In this document: one piece after another, positions 19,566-25,284 of the stretch
How the letters are laid out: the number at the start of each line of letters is the position of its first letter
Position numbering within the stretch: position 1 is the first letter of the stretch
NCBI GenBank assembly: GCA_038087875.1
Contig: JAXLNO010000563.1
Span: 186,001 to 211,284, forward strand
Length of the DNA stretch: 25,284 nt
Source: Malacoraja senta
Taxonomy: Eukaryota
Direction: 5' to 3'
Notes under the pieces: model-generated
Told to the model about the DNA's origin: nothing
The model's database searches: none
Seen by the model: only the letters and a program-made list of their open reading frames with translations
Program-made: the position numbers and the translations under genes

Positions 19566-21053
19566 AGAGAGACTAATACTCAGCAGGTCAGGCAGTGGCT
19601 GTGGAGAGAGACAGAGTTAACCTTTCCCACCCTGAAAAAAGTGGTGAACACGACTTCTGTAATTGATCTCCAGGTGGACGAACCTCTTCCCAACAACCAT
19701 TAGGATCTTCAACACGACAAACACTAACTAAGCAATGGATTGCCTAGATTGCTGAAAGTATTTGGGGCTTTTGTAATAATATTGGCATTTATAATTTATT
19801 GAAAATAGTAAGATTAAATGAGAACTTACCAGTTTGAAGTTTGATCTCTATTTATGAGGAGTTACGATGAGCGATTACGTGAAGAAGCCCGCCAGTGCGC
19901 ATGTGCGCCAATGTTCAAAGCAGCGGTGTGAAATCACAGATAACAGTAGTTGAAGTGACATAGTAAGATTAGAGAAAACTAGAACTAACAGATGACCTTT
20001 ATGATACGAGGGTTGGGAGCGGAGGGCACGTAATCGCTCATCGTAACTCCTCATAAAATAAAGATCAAACTTCAAACTGGTAAGGTCTCATTTAATCTTA
20101 CTATTTTACTTCGGAGTCACATTAGTGATTCCGTGAAGATTTCAAAGCTCTGTGATTTCATGCCGTGGAAACGAGTCCACACAAACACAACTGCATCAGT
20201 TGACCACAGATAAGAGAAACATTGATAATGCATACAGACATGACATGGATTTAAAACATGCTGATGCTATTTAATGAACAAATAATAATAATAGTAACCC
20301 CTCTCATCCGGGAGGAACTATAAAATAGAACCTAAAATAGAGTTGGCAAATACCTCCGGTCTGGCTATGGGTTATTATAAAATGTTTGGAAAGCTCGTTC
20401 GTTAGACCATCCTGCAGTTGTTAGGATGTGGTCCAGCGGAACGTACATAACACTTGCTGCTGATGTTGTAGCAGCCCTGGTGGAGTGAGATTAGAAAATA
20501 TTAGTATCTACTCCTGCATAAGCCAAAACCCCGTTTTAACAACCTGGTGATGGTCTGAACTGATACCTTCTTATGAGGTTTTTCGTAACTAACAAACATT
20601 GCTAGTATCAGAGCCTCTAAGGCTCTAGGTGACCTTGACATATTGTTGTAAATGTGTGACCACACATAACCGAAGGTCCATGAGGTATGCCATGAGAACT
20701 AATTTGAGACCTGACGTCCCTGGGCTGCTCTACTTAACTAAATCATAAAGGTAAAATATTATATTATTTCCAGGTGTAACCATCCTGTCCAGTCGCAATT
20801 TATGTAGTGACTGGACCCGTTGCACTGAGACCAGTGCCCTGAGGATAACTACCTTATGAGAGCCGGGCCAAAGATAAGAATGTAGCTGGAGCCCCCTGGT
20901 GAAGTGGTGTTAACACAATGTCAATATCCCATACTTCCATGTGTTTGGGCCTGAGAGAACTTGTGTTAAAGATATCCTTTATAAACTGGATATCAGAGGG
21001 TGAGACCCAACAGAGTGGGTCCCGCTCGCTGCAGCAAATATGATGAGAAGGCA

Positions 21054-21955
21054 CTTCTTCTACTTCTGTCGTGTGACTTTTATACCTGCAGCTCCGTTGC
21101 GGAGTGGGTCATCGTCCAGGTCAATCAGACCTCGTTCACCATTCGGTGGCCGGTGTTTGGGGCAACTGGTGACTATGTCCTCCACTGTCTGTGTTGGGTC
21201 CCCACACTCGCAGGAGGCGCTGTCCACGAGGCCCCACCTCTTCATCGCTACTCCATAGCGTCCAATGCCTGTCCTCAAGCGGTTGAGGGTTGTCCACTGC
21301 TTTTGGGGCAGGTCCTGGCCAGGGGCGTCCATGGGGTCATCGATGTAATGGTGTAGCCTTGATGATTCCGCTGACTTCCACTCGTCTCTCCATCTCGTCT
21401 TGACCCAGGCAGCCTTAGAAGCATCAGCCGGCAAAGGGGTGCCGTGACTTGAGGCGCACTCATCGTGGTGTCTCTGTGATGGTCTGATGGAGGAGGTGGG
21501 ATTCACTGGTCTGTGCCTTTCGAGAGAGGGCCAGCATGGCTGCTTCTCGTCTGATGTTGGCCGGGGCGATGCCAGCGAGGACGGGCAGTTGGTTTACTGG
21601 GGTGGCTCGTAGGCATCCGGAGACAGTCCGCAGGGCGCTGTTGAGGGCATCATCCAGCTTCTTGGCATGAGGGCTACGGCATCAGACCGGGGCGCAGTAC
21701 TCGGCGGCTGAGAACACCAGGGCCACTGTGGACATGCGCAGTGTCATGGCTCCCCATGTGGTGCTGGGAAAGGCGGCGAATCAGTGCGGCACGGGCGCTT
21801 GTCTTTGCCTTGGCACCTTCCAGGTGTTGTTTGAATGACAACGTTCTGTCGAGCTTCACACCGAGGTACATGGGGCCAGGCTGTGACCGTAACCGGGCGT
21901 TATCCACCATGACGTTCATCTCGTAGGACGCTTCCCTGTTGTTGAGGTGGAACAT
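21054..21955 (-). mobile_element. Vingi/Ingi-clade (I group) non-LTR retrotransposon, 5'-truncated, inside DIRS C
   Basis: FHLNNREA, YLGVKLDRTLSFKQHL, ARAALIRRL, WTTLNRLRTGIGR, KRWGL, CECG..QTVEDIVTSCP (CCHC-type knuckle). The ORF runs almost to a GAA-like tail (gacagaagtagaagaag). Confidence 0.75.
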
Positions 21956-22299
21956 CAATTATAGTTTGTGGCTGAAACAGTTGATTTTAGCAAAATACAG
22001 AGTTTAGAATATCATCCAGTTAAGCCAGAACGTGTTTTTTAGCTTTTGGCAGTCCAAGCACCGGTTTAGTAATTTGGTAAATAACCTGGGAGCTGAAGTT
22101 AGCCCATTTTGCAACGCTTTAACTGTTATCATTGTCCCATCCAGATAAATTTCAAATGTCTCCGGTGATCTCTGAGAATGGAAATCAGTTGTTTAACTGT
22201 AACGAAGTTCCATATTCTGAAAAGTCTATGTTGCACATGCGAGTTATATCAAGGATGAACCGACATCCTCCATCGTTCACAATGAACAGGCCACGCCTG

Positions 22300-22565
22300 C
22301 CATAATTCCGTGCCTGCCTCGAACGACAACTCTGACCAGATTCCCGAGCCTGTCTTGAAAGGTAATTCTGGCCATAATACCGAGCCTGCCTCGAAAAACA
22401 ACTCTGGCCATAATACTGGGCCTGCCTTGAAAGACACCTCCAGCCACAATTCTGAGCCTGCCTCGAAAGACAACTCTGGCCATATTTCCGAGCTTGTCTC
22501 GGAAGGCAATCCTGTCCGTAATACTGAGCCTGCCTCGAAAGACAACTCTGGCCCCAATTCCAAGC
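22300..22565. repeat. 36-bp minisatellite, 7 full copies plus a partial copy
   Basis: Unit approximately ccataat(a/t)c(c/t)gagcctgcctcgaaagacaactctgg, giving 12-aa periodicity in the overlapping ORFs. Confidence 0.95.
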
Positions 22566-24217
22566 CATGCTTGGAACCCTTGTATACTGTGCAAAATAAA
22601 CCAATCACATGTTATCATTTTAGTTTATAAACAGATCTGAATCTCATGTTATCATTGTCATTTGTACAAAAACAAGTGTAAATATGACCAACTTGTAAAT
22701 GGTCCACATACCCCATGTTTTGGAAGAACCAGACCCACCTACCTCCATGGTTACCGGTGGTCTTATGGTAAGCCCAAAGGCCCCTGATGTGGGTTCTATT
22801 CCCATCCTTGATTGGAGAGTAGGACTGGTAGGGTGTGTGGATTCCATATTTCCTGAGACCGGCTTGAACCTTGGCCTGAAAAACCTCTGCCCAGCTTTCA
22901 AGCTGCCACCAGCTTCAGTGAACTGCTTACTGCCGCTGAGGCATGGGGTGTGTCGTCGCCGAAACAATGAAGCTTTGTTCATCGTTGGTACCTTGATTAG
23001 TCCGACAGCTTTTGCTTCCTCATCCAGGTATACATGTTGGATAAGTCTTACCTGAAGAGAAGATTCGGCGGCTGGTTTCATTTCCTGGACCTCCAATGTC
23101 ACACCTGATTCAAGCTGTTCACTGCCGGCACTTGTAGCGTTAGGGGAACTCTGGTCCCTTCCGGGTTTTCTGCAAACGGCTGGAACCAACTCTTCCGGCA
23201 GTAACCCCTTCGTTTGCGAGTGTTTCCTTGGAGCCATATGCATGTGCTCCAGTATGTTCCACGGACATACTTTCGAATTTGAAGTCAGTTACGCACTGAC
23301 CACTCGCACTCCCCTCCACATAGAGGGAGATTCGTAGGCAGCCCTGAAAACAGGTGCTGCCGCAGGCCCCTGAGCATACCTGCGCTGATATGACCCCTCC
23401 TACGGACCTATATCATGATTTTTGCTCTGACAGGAACTGACCCCGAATGCTCCCCTCCTCAGAGAGGGAGACATTGTGCAGCCCTGAAACAGGTGCCGCT
23501 GCTGCCGGCCCCCGAGGAGACCCGCGCTGATAAATCCCTCCTTTGGAGTATATCATTGTGGAGCAACCTCTCCATCACGTGCTCCATGTGGGTTTAGATG
23601 TCCACAGACTCTACCCATTGAAGGAGGGAACCCTCCTGGCCCGACTCCTCCGAGTCCAAAGGCCTGACTGACTTACTCCCGGTTTTACCCCCTTTCTGGG
23701 GCACCATAGCGGTCTGGGAGCCGCTGACCCCATTGTCAGCGACTTAGGTAGCGAACCCGACGGCCGATGGCTACCCGCACTTCAGCGGTCCGGACCGGGT
23801 TCTCCCCATGGTCCATAACCGGTTTCCCCGCGGCCCGTCCGGACTTCGCCCTGAAATTGAATCCAGCAGGCAAATTCTGTAACAGAGCTTCCTGCAAGAC
23901 AAAAACAGAACCTGGAAATAAGTTTTAAAACTTACCTGCAGGTTTAAACATACCGCTGGAAGGAGCAGTGGGCCTGCCAGTCAGTCGTTGCGCAATTCGC
24001 TAGACGTAATGACGTGCATGCACACTGGCGGGCTTCTTCACGGAATCACTCAAGTGACTCCGAAGTAAAATTTATGTTTAGTGTGTTTTCTATGAAAAGT
24101 ATTTTCACGGGTCTGTTATACAAGTAAGAATATCGTTGTTCTGTTTTCAGTTGATGACAATTAAACATTCTTCACTCTTGACTCTTGTCCATAACTGAGA
24201 AAGTTTCTTCTCCATAG

Positions 24218-24392
24218 GTACAATCGTTCCCATCTCTGCTGGTTGGGCAATTTACGCCCCATTTGTAAATGGCAGGATAAAACAGGAATTTTCATTTTTA
24301 ATTTCACTGCCTCTTGAGGTCCAATGTCCACCTGACCCAAATGATCCGTCAGTTTCTGTCGTCTTTCATCCTGAATGTACAGGTTATGTCAG
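24218..24392 (+). CDS. SOUL/heme-binding protein 2-like, coding exon 3 (gene continues beyond window)
   Basis: Acceptor tttcttctccatag, then (G)TIVPISAGWAIYAPFVNGRIKQEFSFLISLPLEVQCPPDPNDPSVSVVFHPECTGYV(R/S), matching the SOUL motif LP...Q.PP.P.DP.V....P....YVR. Donor AG|gtgagt. 175 nt, phase 1 to 2. Confidence 0.9.
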
Positions 24393-24798
24393 GTGAGTTT
24401 GTTTTTATTCAATTTTTATTCTGTTATTTCAGTTAGTTGTTTGTTCCTTTGACACGTTTCCACATGGTCTTCCTGACAACACTGCACTCAGGCACGGTGG
24501 GAATGTGGTGAGTGGGCTGGTTCACACGGGTAGGGATCGTGATCATTAGCGGTGGTAAGAATGAGTTGGCTCCTGACTCACAACCTTCACTCCCTCTCCT
24601 GAGGGCACGACCATTCTCCACACAGACAGGGTCAGCTGGAGACTGGATGTGACCGACACTCGTTTCCACCTGACCCGATCTCTGGTGAGGGTTCGGTACC
24701 TGCAAACTAACATTGTTAACCATACCTTTGCCAAACTTGCCGTTTAGTATTAGAACACTTACTGATGCAAATATACTGGCTCGTGTTGTTCAGGAATT

Positions 24799-25077
24799 AC
24801 ATGGTAAATAGGTGCAGAAGGAGGCCATTCGGCCCTTCAAGCCAGCACCACCATTCACTGTGATCATGGCTGATCATCCACAATCAGTACACCATTCCTG
24901 CCTTCTCCCCATATCCCTTTATTCCGCTAGCCCGAAGAGCTCTATCTAACTCTCTTTTGAATGCATCGTGAATTAGCCTCCACTGCCTTCTAAGGCAGAG
25001 AATTCCACAAATTCACAACTCCCTGGGTGAAAAATGATTTTCCTCATCTCAGTCCTAAATGGCCTCCTCCTTATTCT
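24799..25077 (-). mobile_element. CR1 LINE 3' fragment
   Basis: Reverse-complement homology to 16820-17090 (ataggtgcagaaggaggccattcggcccttc ... ggcagagaattccacaaattcacaact). Confidence 0.88.
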
Positions 25078-25284
25078 CACCTACACCATAGTGCATGATG
25101 TTTGTTTTGTGCTTTCCTGAATCAGCGTCACATCCAAATAAAGCAATCTTTCAATGAAAATAAATAAAATGGCGGAAATCTGAAATAAACAGTAATGCTA
25201 GAAAAACTCAACAGGTCAGGCAGCGCCTGGGGAAAGATAAACAGTTAACATTTCAGGTTCGAGACTCTTTTGTGTAGGGAGGAA

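Larger units (their letters stand above)
19802..24070 (-). mobile_element. DIRS1-type retrotransposon, copy C (both termini intact, rearranged), antisense in intron 2
   Basis: Left end at 24070 (reverse complement ttttacttcggagtcacttgagtgattccgtgaagaagcccgcc). Gag remnant about 22900-23810, RT remnant about 21960-22700, YR remnant about 20335-21053, ICR 20027-20138, right end 19802-19905. Confidence 0.93.

Noticed and set aside
19124..19703. His/Thr- and Cys/Val-rich ORFs
   Set aside because: Translations of the (TG)n microsatellite.
22300..22565. CRISPR-like array (36-bp periodicity)
   Set aside because: Units are head-to-tail with no unique spacers, there are no cas genes, and the context is eukaryotic.
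24393..24432. gtgagt...tttcag as a 40-nt intron leading to SOUL exon 4
   Set aside because: Too short for a typical vertebrate intron, and splicing gives AGT then TAG with no SOUL C-terminal motifs. Exon 4 is probably beyond the window.
24433..24723. 96-aa minus-strand ORF with a possible acceptor at about 24700
   Set aside because: Weak polypyrimidine tract, no recognisable homology and no partner exons.

Overview
Eukaryotic, repeat-dense vertebrate DNA. The repeat spectrum (CR1, L2, Rex1/Babar, Penelope termini, DIRS) suggests a cartilaginous fish such as a skate or ray, which is an inference. The one host gene is a + strand, spliced SOUL/heme-binding-protein (HEBP2-like) gene with a signal peptide. 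It has a TATA box at 12473 and coding exons at 12570-12701, 18706-18835 and 24218-24392, and its last exon is not found in the window. The ORF track misses exons 2 and 3. Most of the rest is transposon-derived. There are four degenerate DIRS1-type tyrosine-recombinase retrotransposons: A 1-2563 (+), B 3098-6687 (+), D 8433-9147 (-, 5' remnant) and C 19802-24070 (-, in intron 2). Their terminal repeats and internal complementary regions can be read directly. A, B and D form a nested stack with an L2 LINE. Copy C holds a Vingi/Ingi LINE fragment and a 36-bp minisatellite. A 4.9-kb non-autonomous hAT element in intron 1 contains several fold-back hairpins and nested inserts. No intact transposon ORF set, tRNA, rRNA or CRISPR array was found. 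I found no clearly new biological system. The best leads are the divergent secreted SOUL protein, the co-varying DIRS terminal structures, and a non-autonomous retroelement core that appears with two different LINE tails.
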